Shown here: positions 23,069 to 34,351 of the stretch, piece by piece
Layout of the letters: every line of letters starts with the position of its first letter
Numbering within the stretch: position 1 is the first letter of the stretch
Source: Bilabrum cf. latius
Lineage: Eukaryota
Direction: 5' to 3'
DNA: 64,000 nucleotides
NCBI GenBank assembly: GCA_965178125.1
Contig: OZ237738.1
Location: 1,488,001-1,552,000 of the forward strand
Notes under the pieces: generated by a model
Seen by the model: the letters and a program-made list of their open reading frames with translations, nothing else
Told to the model about the DNA's origin: nothing
The model's database searches: none
Translations under genes and position numbers: made by a program

Positions 23069-25924
23069 TCACGTCGGCGCCCCCGACCCGCCTATCCCGT
23101 CGTCCTTCCTCTCCTCGGTTGGCCCTCGCAGCCCGCCACCAGCAGCGCCACCCATCGCCGCTCCCCCCGTTTCAGCCCCAGAGAAATGGCCATGACCGCC
23201 GGCTCCCTGTGCTACGTCGACACCTCCCCCAAGCCCCGCCGATGAAGCCCCCGCGCGGGAGGCCCCCCCGGCAGAGAACCCACCCGCACCCCCGTCAGGC
23301 AGCCCCAGTCCCCCCATGCCGCTGCCGGCAGAGCCCATCCCGAGTCCCCCCATGTCGACGCCCATGCCCATCCCAGCCCCCATGTCCATGCCCGCCCCAC
23401 CCCCCATGGACGCCGCCAAGATCCCGTCCCTCTGCATCCTCTTCTCCCTGCGAGCCGCACGCACCCACTTGGCCTCCAGCCCCCGCAGCTGTTCCCTGGA
23501 GGCCTCGAGGCCCCTCTTGAGCTCGTCCACCAGGGCCTTCTGGTTCTCCATCTCACCCTTGAGAGCGCGCAGCTGCTTCTGCTTCTGCTTCAAGTTGCCC
23601 TCGTACGCCATCACCTGCTCCTCCACCTCGGGCCCCGGCTGCCTCGCTAGCACCTGCTTGAGCTCCACGTACAGCCGCTCCTTCTCCTGCACCTCCAGGT
23701 CACGCTTGGCCGCCTCGTCCTGCGCCTCCATGACACGCCTCCTCAGCCCCGCCGCGCGCTTGATGAGCTTGTACTTCTCGGGCTCTGTCACCTCCAGCGC
23801 CCTCCACCGGTGGACGTTGATTGGCCTCTTGAGCTCGTCCGTGAGAGACTTGACCTTGTGCCTCTCCGCGTTCAGCTCGGCCTCCAGCCGCCTTGCCTCC
23901 TTCTCCAGGTGGTCAAGGTTGCCCACCTGGGCCTCGCTGAGCTTTGCCTCCGCAGTCAGCTCCTCCACCTGCTTGAGTCCGATCTCCTCCTCTCGCCTGG
24001 CCTTGTCCCACTGGGCCGCGCCCCTGGCCAGCGCGCTCTTCTGCAGCTTGAGCTTCTCGTACACGCCGGTGAGCTCCTCCTCCCGCTTGGTCAGCTGCGT
24101 CCGCAGCACATCTCGCTCGCTCAGCACGGCCGCCAGCTCCTTCTCCTGTCTGGCCTGCTCTGCCTGCGCCTCGGACACGATCCGCAGCAGCTTCTCGATC
24201 TCCTGCTCCTGTCCGTGCCTCATGTGGGCGGAGGACTGCGCCTGCTTCTGGACCTACGCGAGCAGCGCCGTCTCTCGCTCCGTCTCCTTCTCCACCTTCT
24301 GCAGCTGAAAGTGCTGCCGGATCAGCTGCCTGTCCTTGGATGCCAGCTCGTCCTAAAGCCTCTCCACCTGGAAGGTCAGGCTCTCCCACTTGCGCTTCAT
24401 GCCGTCGATCTCCGCCTGGGCCTCGATCAGGCTGCGGCTGTACCCGTTTCGATCGGACCTGACCTGCTCGTACAGCTGCTGCTGCTTCTTGACCCTATCT
24501 CTGAGCCTAGAGGTGGAGTCGCCCAGCTCGTCCATCTCCACCTGGGCTGCCTTCACCCCCTCCACGCCCCTGAGCTGATCGTCCCTCGCCTCGGCGATGC
24601 CGGCGACGATGCGCTGCCTGTCTTTGTGCACGGACTCGATCTTGGACAGCAGCTCCCGCACCTGCTTGCGGTACCCGTTGATCTCGGACTCGACGTGTGC
24701 GCATGCCGACTGGTGCTGCTCAATCAAGGTCCGGAACACGCGCACTGCCTCGGACTTCGACCCGATCCCCTTCTGCAGCAGGTCCTTCTCCTGCTGCCTC
24801 TTGTCCAGCTCGCGGTCCAGCGCCCTCGTGCTCGCCCTCTATCTCTCGGCCTCTGCGTCCAGCTGCTTGGCCTCTTTCCTGAGCTTGGCCTCCTGGGAGA
24901 GCACCTCCTGGTGGGCCTTCTCCGCCGCCTTGATCTTCTCCAATGCCAGGGCGTGCTTCTGCTCGATCCTGCGGCTGTCCTTCTCCACTCGCGAGCACTC
25001 CTCGGCCCTACCCGCCGCCACCTGGTCCACGTCGTTGAGCTCCCTCGCCAGCCCCTCGTTGGTCTTGGCCTCAGCGTCCAACTCCTTGCTCCTCTTCTCG
25101 ATCATGGACCGCAGCCGCTCGTACACCTTAAGCAGCTTCTCCATCTGCCCCTTTCTCCGGTGCATCTCAGCGTCCGCCGCTCTGTGCTCCTCCTCTGCCT
25201 CTGCCCTCGCCTTCTCCGCATCGGTCGCCTCCCTGCCCAGCTGCTCAGCGTCCGCCTGCAGCTGCTTGAGCTCGGCGTCCGCGGCGGCCTTCTGGCTCTG
25301 CATGGACTCTGCCTGCTGCTTGGAGGCCGCAATCTCCGCGCTCAGCTCCTTGCGGGCCACCTCGAGGTCGTGCTGCCTGCCGAGCTCCTTCTCCCTCGCT
25401 GCCTCCAGGGTGCCGACCTCCGTGTCCAGCTGCGCGCACTGGCTCTGCTTGCTGTCCAGCTGCGCGGCTTTGCGGTCGCGCTCGTCTTCCAGGGCGCGCT
25501 TCTGCTCCAGCTGGTCCCGCTGCCAGTCGGAGCCCTGCCCGATCTCGTCGGCCATCTCCTCCAGGCGCTCCTTGCTCTTCTGAATCAGGCTCTGCTTCTC
25601 TTCCGCGCTCTTCTTCGTGCGCTGGGTTTCTTGCTGCGCCGAATCCAATTCTTCCGTCAGCTGCTGCTTTGCTGCCTCTAGATCAGCCTGCTCCTGCTGG
25701 GCCTCCTCGCGTGATCGCCTGTACCTCTCCAGCTCGTCTGCCAGCTCTGCCGCGCGCTTTGCGTACGACTATTCATTCTATCTAGATCGCAGCAAAGCCT
25801 CGTGGAGACGCTCGTACTTAGAGCGGAAGCCCCCGAGGGCGTCCGACGAGCGCTCCAGCTCTGCGAGTGTTTCGCGGGCCTCTGCCTCTGCTTTGATAAA
25901 CGCAGGAGGTGCCTCGCCAGCCAT
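23069..25924 (-). CDS. CFAP58: Cilia- and flagella-associated protein 58 (CCDC147), ~951 aa
   Basis: Coiled coil. N-terminal FRSKYERLHEALLRSR[TAG]NE, YEQVRSDRNGYSRSLIEAQAEI, PINVHRWRALE, LYVELKQVLARQPGPEV. Continuous frame with 5 TAGs (25778, 25769, 24839, 24353, 24254). Ends TGA. Confidence 0.9.
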
Positions 25925-26006
25925 CGCAAGATTTAGTTAGCGAATTCGCTAAATGGTGATTTTTGAGGAGAACTGATTCTAGGGTAGAGCCAATTGGCTT
26001 CGATTA

Positions 26007-27045
26007 GTGCGCCCAACGGATTGCTCTCGCCGAAACGGCGTGCTGGTCGTGGCTAATTCCGGTTTACAGGCCCAAGTTGCCGACGCGGCACAGTTGGCGA
26101 AGGGAACGGCAAGGCTAGCACGCTCCCGGATCTGGAGCAGGCAACAAGTCCTAGAGGCGGACTATGTGGCGGTCTGGTGGCGAGAGGCTGAACGCCTCAC
26201 GCCTCGCCAGGCCTTCCTCGCGCATGCTCCCTCACTGCGGACGTTCGACTGGGTCTGACTCCCAGGAGATCTCAACGCGATGCGCTTAGGACACGGGTCC
26301 TAGGCATGTATCGGTCTTAACCAGACCAACTATTTCTTCAGAGGCCTTTTCAGGTCCTGACTGGCTCCGCCAACGCGGGTACAGCTGGGTCCCCTGTTAA
26401 GGTGCGCGTTACTTTGGTGGCAGTCCTCGGATTGTCTCTGGTATTGAATTGCGTGCGAAAACTCTATTTTCTCTCTCTCTCTATCCCAAAACGGTGATCT
26501 TTCGGGATTTTGTGATCCAGCCTTCAGGCAGGATCGGAGATGGAGCCAGAGGGGTCCTCAAGCTGCTAGCACGCATCAGGCGTAAGCGGCTCGGGAAGAA
26601 TGGGAGCAAGTCAGTGGATGCCCAGGTCAGGTTCTGGGCTCGGGATATCGCCAGGTTGGTCGCCATGCGGAACGCAGCTTTCACGAGCAAATTTAACCTT
26701 AACGCTTGTGAGCTGCTGAAGCAGAGGGAGGCAACCGGCGCACAGGGAGCGGCCGCAGCAGGAGCTGGTGGTCAGGTGGGAGAGCTGGCAGCGGGAGTTG
26801 CGCAGCTAGGAGTGGCACTACAGCAGGCTGGTGGAGCTGGTGGTGCGTAGGGTTTGGATGCAGCTGGAGCGCCAGCTGTGCCCGCAGTACCTGCTGCAGC
26901 TGCAGTAGGAGCTGAGGGTGCAGCACCGGACGAGGCGGCTGATCCGAACGCAATCGAACACGAAGGCATCGCGAACGCAGATGGACCGCAAGCAGCGCAA
27001 CTCCCCCACGGAGGAGCGGCCCAGCTTGCGGAGCCCATGGCGTGA
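26007..27045 (+). mobile_element. Degenerate fragment of an RLE-type (CRE/R2-like) non-LTR retrotransposon
   Basis: FRDFVIQPSGRIGDGARGVLKLLAR...FWARDIARLVAMRNA (~26500-26680) fits the C-terminal end of restriction-like endonuclease domains. Upstream part has TGAs and a decayed Cys-knuckle-like stretch. No RT core seen. Boundaries approximate. Confidence 0.5.
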
Positions 27046-27678
27046 GCTTGCTGATCCGTTCGACCTGCCCAGCGCGATTGCCTCTTGGGGTGGTCGTTGT
27101 AGTTGGGTAGTGTGTGCTTTGACTCAGACATATTATATTCTCTCTCTCTCTTGGCCCGCGATCATGGCTGAAGCGGCGCCGTTGTCCATGGTCGACATGG
27201 ACATTGAAATTCATAGTAAGTTGGTTCCCATCGCCTGGCAAATTGTGTCGTTTCGGTCGCAATCTATCTATGCAGAGGGCTCTTAGTATTTTGAATAGTT
27301 TTGCAGATTTTTCTCCTGTCGCCATTTGGCGTTGGAATGTGACCGAGGATTCATGTGGTATATGCATGAACTAGTTCGACGGCACTGCGCCAGGCATACG
27401 ATTCCCAGGAGATGACTGCGCACCCGGTAAGACTACAATACCGAGCCGCAAGCACTGGCTAATTCTTGGAGCTCACAGTGAAACCAGCACAGAACCATTG
27501 CATGGCTTTCGCAGTGTTCGGTAAATGCAAGCACACATTTCACATGCCATGCCTAATGAAATGGCTGGAGCAGCAGGGAAAGCAAGGCAGAGCGCACACG
27601 TGCCCCCTGTGCAGGGCGGATTGGGAATTCTCTCAGTACTAGTCTCCCGCTCGACCATTGGCAGGCAGAGGAGCCCAT

Positions 27679-28230
27679 ATGGCGCAGCTAGACTTTTATT
27701 CTGAACCAACGAGCGACGACAGCGGAGGGTCTGGGGATGGATTGCTCCCTGGGTCCGAGGCGGGCGGGGGCGGCGTCGCTCGCATGGCGGACCTTGCCAG
27801 CATCGCGAGCAGCATGGACGACGGCAGCAGCGCGGGCTCCATCTCGATCGACTCTCCAGGGTCAGGGAACAGGGGCCGGGCTGGCGCCAGCAGCGGGATT
27901 GCAGCCGGTGGGGGTGCCGCGCCTGCTTCGGGTAGGCGCGGCAACAGCGTGGGGGGGGCCCGGCGCGTGTCCGCTGGGCAGTCGGTTCGGTGGCAGGACG
28001 AGTCCCCGGATGGCGGTGCCCGCGGGAGGAGCGGGGGTGCAGGGGGGCAGGGCGCCAGTGAGGGGAGGAGAAGAGGCCGTGGTGCAGCTGACGGCGGGGA
28101 GGCGGGGCCTGAAGCAGGAGGAAGGGCAAGAGCACGAGAGGGAGAAGGGGAGGAAAACGGTGGTGATGAGGAGGACTTGGACATGGACATGAGTGAGGAC
28201 GGGCTGGATACAACAGAAGAGTCTAGCTGA
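27679..28230 (+). CDS. Hypothetical Gly/Ser/acidic low-complexity protein (~183 aa)
   Basis: GC-rich ORF from ATG 27679 to TGA within AT-richer flanks. No domain recognised. Confidence 0.5.
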   Translation: MAQLDFYSEPTSDDSGGSGDGLLPGSEAGGGGVARMADLASIASSMDDGSSAGSISIDSPGSGNRGRAGASSGIAAGGGAAPASGRRGNSVGGARRVSAGQSVRWQDESPDGGARGRSGGAGGQGASEGRRRGRGAADGGEAGPEAGGRARAREGEGEENGGDEEDLDMDMSEDGLDTTEESS

Positions 28231-28789
28231 ATGAAATGCAGTACATTTTACTTGCAACGCAACGGGTCCGTGGCAAATGCACCCCAGTCAATAGAACGCT
28301 CCATCTACTGCACCTGGTGCTGCGAGGACGGGCCAGGCCTTTGCTGACATGGCCGTTCTCTTGCCCCCGTTTCGATACGCCGGCGCGCGATGCCTGCGAT
28401 AGGCCAGCAGAGATATGCAGCAAAATGATCACACGGAAATGCACTCGGTCGGTTGGATGCGACAAATCGGCAAATCTCCGCTGTGCTCATGCCTCGGAAA
28501 AGACTAATCAATATTCGCTCTCAGGTGATCGAGTCGAAAAAAAGTGGGATCGTCATCGGCAGCTTGTGATGTGGGACTTCGCAGCAGAGGTCCTGACACA
28601 GCCACAAAGCGATATCATTTTCTCACCTAACAAGCGACCGACTCTAGTTCATGACGAGACGACAAGCAGCGAGGGGGGGGGGACAGGGCGGCATAGCTGC
28701 CCATGCCCTATCCCCCCCCCTCCTCTCTCTCTCTTCGCGCATCATTGATGTCCATATATTTATCATGCATGCTATCCCAGCAGCAGGTG

Positions 28790-29623
28790 TCAGTACTCCA
28801 GCCCCAGCACCCTTCCTGCCCAGCTGGAGGCCAACAGTGCGAACAGGCAGCGCTTGGACTCGCCACGGGCAGCCTCCAGGCTGAAAGGGGTCCGGCTCGT
28901 GTCCTGAGGACAGCAGGAACGCTCCACTGAGAAATAATACGCGATTCCGACAATAGAGCCTAACACAAAGCCGGCGGTGATCTGCTCGGTGGTGTGGTAC
29001 CCCAAATACACTCTAGACCAAGCCACTGCTGCAGCTCCGCTGACGCACAGTGCGGCAGCTCCCCATCGAATAAGCAGAGAAATTGACCGCGGATATGCAC
29101 CTTCGTCTGGCGAAATCCACGTCCCTTCCTTGGATGAAAAATCATCAGACTTCTTATCCCCGAGAGCCTAGGGCAATCGCAACCGGCGGATAAAGTAGAG
29201 CCCGACAAACACTGCCGCAAATGACATGAACTGAGCATGGTCCGACGGCATGCCGTACGAGTGTACGTAGCTTGATGCAGTCGAGACGGGCCTGGGCTGC
29301 TTTATGATTTGCTTCAGCACTACATTCAGGCCTTCGTTCGCCAGCTGCCCGACTACAAGTGCCGCAACCCAAAGACTCCGGCGCGTCACAAAGCTTGCAA
29401 GGTAAGCAACTAGTAAAAAACTGCGAAAATTGCACCGAGTGGCCACATCATCCATGGTCAGTGCGACAGGCAGCCCGGCCCAAAGGTGTATTGTTGCAAG
29501 GCACAGACCTCACATTGGAATCAGCGAAAGCAGCGCAGCAATCAGTCCGACAGTATCTTCATCCTAGTAGAGTATAAAAGTGTACTTAAACGGTTTGTAG
29601 GCATCTGGAAATTTTCCTTCCAT
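28790..29623 (-). CDS. DOLPP1: Dolichyldiphosphatase (PAP2 family); exons 29623-29514, 29420-28790
   Basis: PAP2 motifs KQIIKQPRP, GMPSDHAQFM, SRVYLGYH. N-terminal PFKYTFILY[TAG]DEDTVGLIAALLSLIP. 93-nt GTGAG...CGCAG intron. TAGs at 29564 and 29168. Ends TGA. Confidence 0.88.
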
Positions 29624-29744
29624 CTGCTTGTGAGGCTCCTGCGGTGGCAGTTTGCCGTCTTCCCGGATCAAATCATTCTGCATATATAAACACACCTTAC
29701 AATAAAAATTCTAGCAAGAAGCGATTCGGTCATCTATTGAGGCC

Positions 29745-32196
29745 ATGGCTTCTCCTGATGTAGCCAGTATGGTACTTGATGAAGCTACCAAGCTTTTACA
29801 GGAGTGGTTTCGTGACATTCGCTCCCGTGCTGATCCAATGATCGTGAGTACCTCATATCGGCTTGCTACCCAGCGATCCTCCTGGCCTGCGCCCACAGAT
29901 AAGTCTCACTACCAGATCGCGTTGGATTTGCTCGCAGCTGCTCCCTGTTGTATGTTTGATCGCCTACTGGACTGTGCTCGTAAGTCTGCGGCTAGACTTG
30001 CTAGTGGTTCCAGCCAAATCGCTCGGGTTGCGGCGTCCTACCGTGATGGCTTTGCACGTGCTTGAGCCTATCGTGCTGATCATCCCTCTGTATGTTGCGG
30101 TATAGATGCTTGGTTTTGGCGTTGTCGCCCTTTGTGGACTGTGGATGGCGTGCTTGGCCGCAATGGCAGCGCACATCTGGCTGGATCTGCGGCGCCGAGG
30201 CCTCGCCCAGGCCCTGCCTGCCTCCTTGCAGGTGCTCCTCTTCGAAACGCGGCTGGTCGACTATCTCAGAGACAGCACCCTGGGCGCCAAACTGGCCAAG
30301 TATGTCCCGTTCATCGTCGGCATGACGGACGTCGAGGCAGCCGACTACCTGGCCAGGGCGCCCCCACGCTTCAGGGAGAGACTGCTCCGGCCGGGCCTCG
30401 TGGGCGAGCTGCCCGAGGGGCTGCAGGGGCTGCTGCTGCCCGCAGATGCAGGCGCGGCTAGTAGTCAGGCAGCAGGGCAGACCAACGAAGCAGCAGACGC
30501 GACCTCACAGACACGGACGCCAGCAGCGGGCGAGGGCCCCAAGACCGGCCCCTAGGAGCAGGAGGAACAGGCAGCAGCGCCGGACGAGCACGCTCCTTCA
30601 ACTGCGCTGGCAACGGGGCGAAGGACACCGGCACGGGGTGCAGCGCACGGCAGCGCCGACACGGACCTGCAGGTGGGTGTGGGGCCGGACGGCACCACCG
30701 GGGTGGCGCGCCAGCTGGGCCCCGCGCTGAGTGCTGCTGCGACTGGGGGGCTGGGGGTTGGAGGGCCCGGGTCTGTGTGGGGTCGAGATACGCCCGTTGC
30801 TGCTGCTGCTGTCCGGGCGGGTGGTCCTAGGGAACAACTGCAGAGCGCGGTGCGGGGCAGGAGCGGGAGAGGTACCCTCGGGGTGGCCCGGCGCGTTGCA
30901 TTCGCAGAGGGCTAGGGCGGGGACGAGGGCGGCACGGGTCTTGATCTTGATTCGTAGGGGGTGGAGGGTGGAGGAGTGGACGTGCTGCTGGAGGGTGACT
31001 TGGCCGGAGCACGCTCCAGCTCACGGCCGCCTCGAACCCCCGCGGTGGTGAACTTTGCGACGCCCCTGAGCGGAGTGGCGAGCGTGGCAGCGGACCACGA
31101 GCATGAGGCGAACCTGGAGCGCACTCCGGAGGGCTCGATCGGAAGCGCGGCCACAGGGAACAGTGCAGGGGGGTGGACAGCGGGCGTGATGCGCACGCCG
31201 GCCATGCGCTCGCTCCGCAGCGCCCGCCGATGGGTGCAGCAGTGGAGCGCGGCCCCGGCCGTGGTGCAGGACGCAGAGCTGGTGCTGCCCTCCGTGGCGG
31301 ATACAAAGGAGCAGCCAGGGGCAGACACCACCGATCGAGCGGGACAGTCCACCGGTAAAGCAGGGCCGGACGGCAGCGAAGCGCGGCAGCGGTCCGTACC
31401 CGGGACGGCCATCCGCCGCGCGGCGCGGTCCCTCGCGGCTGTGGCACCCATCGCGCTGCCTGCCCTGCGGCTGCAGATGCTCAAGAGACTGCTGAGCGCC
31501 CGTAAGAAGCAGACAGGCCAGCAGGATGCAGTGCACGGTGCTGCTTCTGCAGCATCAACCCAGGGGCAGTCCACGCCGCAGCTCTAGGGGAAGCAGGCTG
31601 GCGCAAGCGAGCGCGATGGGCAAGGGAAGCATGGCGGGCAAGAGGCGGAGGTGCAGGAGGAGGAGGAGGAGGAGGAGGCTGCGTGGCACCGGGCCTTCAT
31701 GGCCGGCCTCGTACGGAGGCGGATCGCAGGGGCGCTGCGCTCCAGTGGGGCGCTCGCCCTGGTAGGTGGAGCTGAGGCGGCTGTGGGCCGCGTGCTGCGG
31801 GCGGCCGACCAGACCGCGTGGCTGCAGCCCGGGAACCTGCAGACAGCCGCGGCGGTGCTCGCGCTGCTGATGGGCGGCGGACTCTTGGCCTCGGGGCGGG
31901 CCCGGCGCACGGCGGGCGGGATGGCGCTTGGGGCAGGCCTGGGTGCCGGCGCTGCGTCGGTGCTGCTGCTGCTCGCGGGCGCGGCGGTGCTGCGGGCCGC
32001 TCGAGCTAGGGCAGGGGGGGCGAGGCCGAGCGTGGGTGGACTCCAGGGCATGGTTGGAGCCGTGCTCGGGATGCTGCCAGAGCTGCCGGGGGGAAGGTCC
32101 ACCTGGATGCTGCTGCTGGCGCTTAGTGCAATGGTGTCCATGCGCAGAGGTGGGAGCCTACGGCGGATTCTTCAGGCCCTTGGGGCAGCCTCGTGA
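29745..32196 (+). CDS. Hypothetical multi-pass membrane protein; join(29745..29843,29899..32196)
   Basis: 55-nt GTGAGT...CACAG intron, then one frame with 5 TAGs (30103, 30553, 30913, 30955, 31585) to TGA. Hydrophobic segments near both ends. Confidence 0.7.
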
Positions 32197-32371
32197 CGGA
32201 CTAGACGGATCCCAGGATGTTGGAGTCTTTGTCTCTTCAGGATCTTTGTTGTGTACCGGTTATTGCCAAGTCTTCAACGTGTTTGGAGATGCCTTTCACC
32301 GGGCGTACTTGTCCACAATGTACTAAACATCCATTCTGGATACACACTTTACCACACAGCCTGCCAACTTG

Positions 32372-34123
32372 TCAGCTAGACTCGTCCGCCTTCTTGTCGT
32401 CACCATCCTCAACGAGAGCCCCACCGCCGTGCCCCGCGCCCACCTCCCTGGCAGCCTCTTCCTTGCTCTCCACCTCGATCCTTACCACGGCCTCCGAATC
32501 GCTCATCCAGGAGTGGTCGTTACTCCACACCAGCAGCACCTCGACAGGTCCACCAGCGGCAAACACCGCCTCCGCCTTGCTCCCGCCCCCCAGGCCGCCA
32601 GCCCCCTTCACCCTCAGCTTCTCAGCCGGCCCACGGCGGTCCGCATCCAGCCACACGGGCGCTCCCACTAGCTCTTCCCCGCCCTTCTCGGCCACCACGC
32701 TCTCCCAGTCCCCGGAGTGGCGCTCGTGTCCATCGGCCAGCACGGCACCGGCCCCAGCCAGCTCTTCCCACCCTCCGCTGGGCTTGGCCTGCACCTTGGC
32801 AGCCGCAGCTGCCACCTCTCCGGTCCACCGGTCGCTCCACTTGGCGGACTCGCTCGTCCTGCCATCCGGCCCATCAGCGGGGGGCAGCCCCGCCGCCTTG
32901 GCCTGCTCTTCGCTCATGGCATGCAGCCACACGCACCCGGACTCGTCCTTCTCTCCGCTGCTGCCCTTCGATGCACCCGCACCCGCGGCGCAGGGCAGCA
33001 CAACGGTGGCGGCTTTGCCTCCGTCGCTGGGCCCGATGGGCTCCGCACCGCTGGCCTTGACGTCCTCCGCGCTGGCCTCCCGCACGAAGAGCCGGAACTG
33101 CATCTCGTTCCTGGTGATGGCGTGCCGAGCCCGCACCACGCTGCCCGGCTCCACGAAGAACCGGGCAGAGATCGACTGACCGGCGGGCACGGTGAGCTTT
33201 GCGGAGCGAGGGTCGGGGCCCACGAAGTAGCCCGGGTGCACCTGGCCGCCCGGCCCGATGAGCGCGGAGCACTCGTCATCCCCCTCGGGCTGCCTGAGCT
33301 CACCCCCCAGGAAGGCGGGCAGCTGCTTGGTCTCCACGCGGTCCTTCAGCGCCGCCTCGGTGGCGGATTTGGCCGAGTAGATGTGCATCTTGACGCGGGT
33401 GCCCTCGTCCACAAAGTACTGCACGATCGTCCACACGCCAGAGAACAGCAGCGGGGCGTTGATCAGAAATACCGTGCGCACGACTTCCGGGTACATTGCT
33501 TCCTCCAGGGTCGTGCGCTTCTTGAGCACACTCAGCGTCTGCGACTGCGCCTGGCCGATCGAGAGGCCGTCGAGGTCGATGATTACTGACATCTTTCCCC
33601 GCAGCTCGCCCGCCTCTTCTGTTGCAGCTCGAAGCAGGCCTTCCTGCCGCTCGTGATAGAGCGCCACCCAGCGAAGAAAGCTTGCCTCTCCCACCGCGCG
33701 GTACATGCCAGGGAAATCTATGTTCCCGATCCGCTCAACCAGGAGGGGGTACCCGTCCCTGTCCCGCCCGACGAATCCGGTCGGAAAGTACCGCCTCATT
33801 ACCTCAGGCTCCTTCCACCACTCCAATATAGAGTCGATCTCATGCTCGCGCCTCCATCGCATTGCATTGACATACTGCTCTTTGGCTGCGGGGATATCTC
33901 CCTTGCGGGCATCCAAAAAGCGTTTCAACGCTTCATTCGACCCCCAGTACGTGCCCTCAGGAGCAATATCATCACCAACAGCAGCTCGTAGCTCCTTGAG
34001 CTGCTTCATTACATCGTCACTGAGCTTGTATGGGTTAGCATCTGATTTGTACGAGTCCTTCTTGACAACCCTAGATGGCGATTCAGAGGACGCACCTCCG
34101 CCTGCACCACCAACTGCTGCCAT
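32372..34123 (-). CDS. SEC14-like CRAL-TRIO lipid-binding protein with GOLD-like C-terminus (583 aa)
   Basis: LKRFLDARKGDI, GRDRDGYPLLVERIG, IIDLDGL, YPEVVRTVFLINAPLLF, LPAFLGG, LVWSNDHSW. Ends TGA. Confidence 0.92.
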   Translation of the reverse strand: MAAVGGAGGGASSESPSRVVKKDSYKSDANPYKLSDDVMKQLKELRAAVGDDIAPEGTYWGSNEALKRFLDARKGDIPAAKEQYVNAMRWRREHEIDSILEWWKEPEVMRRYFPTGFVGRDRDGYPLLVERIGNIDFPGMYRAVGEASFLRWVALYHERQEGLLRAATEEAGELRGKMSVIIDLDGLSIGQAQSQTLSVLKKRTTLEEAMYPEVVRTVFLINAPLLFSGVWTIVQYFVDEGTRVKMHIYSAKSATEAALKDRVETKQLPAFLGGELRQPEGDDECSALIGPGGQVHPGYFVGPDPRSAKLTVPAGQSISARFFVEPGSVVRARHAITRNEMQFRLFVREASAEDVKASGAEPIGPSDGGKAATVVLPCAAGAGASKGSSGEKDESGCVWLHAMSEEQAKAAGLPPADGPDGRTSESAKWSDRWTGEVAAAAAKVQAKPSGGWEELAGAGAVLADGHERHSGDWESVVAEKGGEELVGAPVWLDADRRGPAEKLRVKGAGGLGGGSKAEAVFAAGGPVEVLLVWSNDHSWMSDSEAVVRIEVESKEEAAREVGAGHGGGALVEDGDDKKADESS

Positions 34124-34351
34124 GCTTGTACAATGTTCAAATAAAAAGAGCCAGTATTATGCGCAATGCACGTCTATGTGGCTACGTGATAGGCTAGCGG
34201 GGGTTTGATCATACTTTTTGTCTTCATCTTGATGAAGAACAGTCCCAACCGGCGAAGAAATGTTGTGTGTTCGTTGCTGATATGGCGTGACGGTATAGAA
34301 AGACACGTGAATGCAAAGCGGTGCGTGTGTTGTCGCTTCTGCCATACAAAA

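Noticed and set aside
25925-28789. Suppressor tRNA-Gln(CUA) or other RNA gene in intergenic DNA
   Set aside because: GTTCGA-like words (e.g. ~27374) lack a cloverleaf context. Nothing supportable by eye; tRNAscan-SE or Infernal would be needed.
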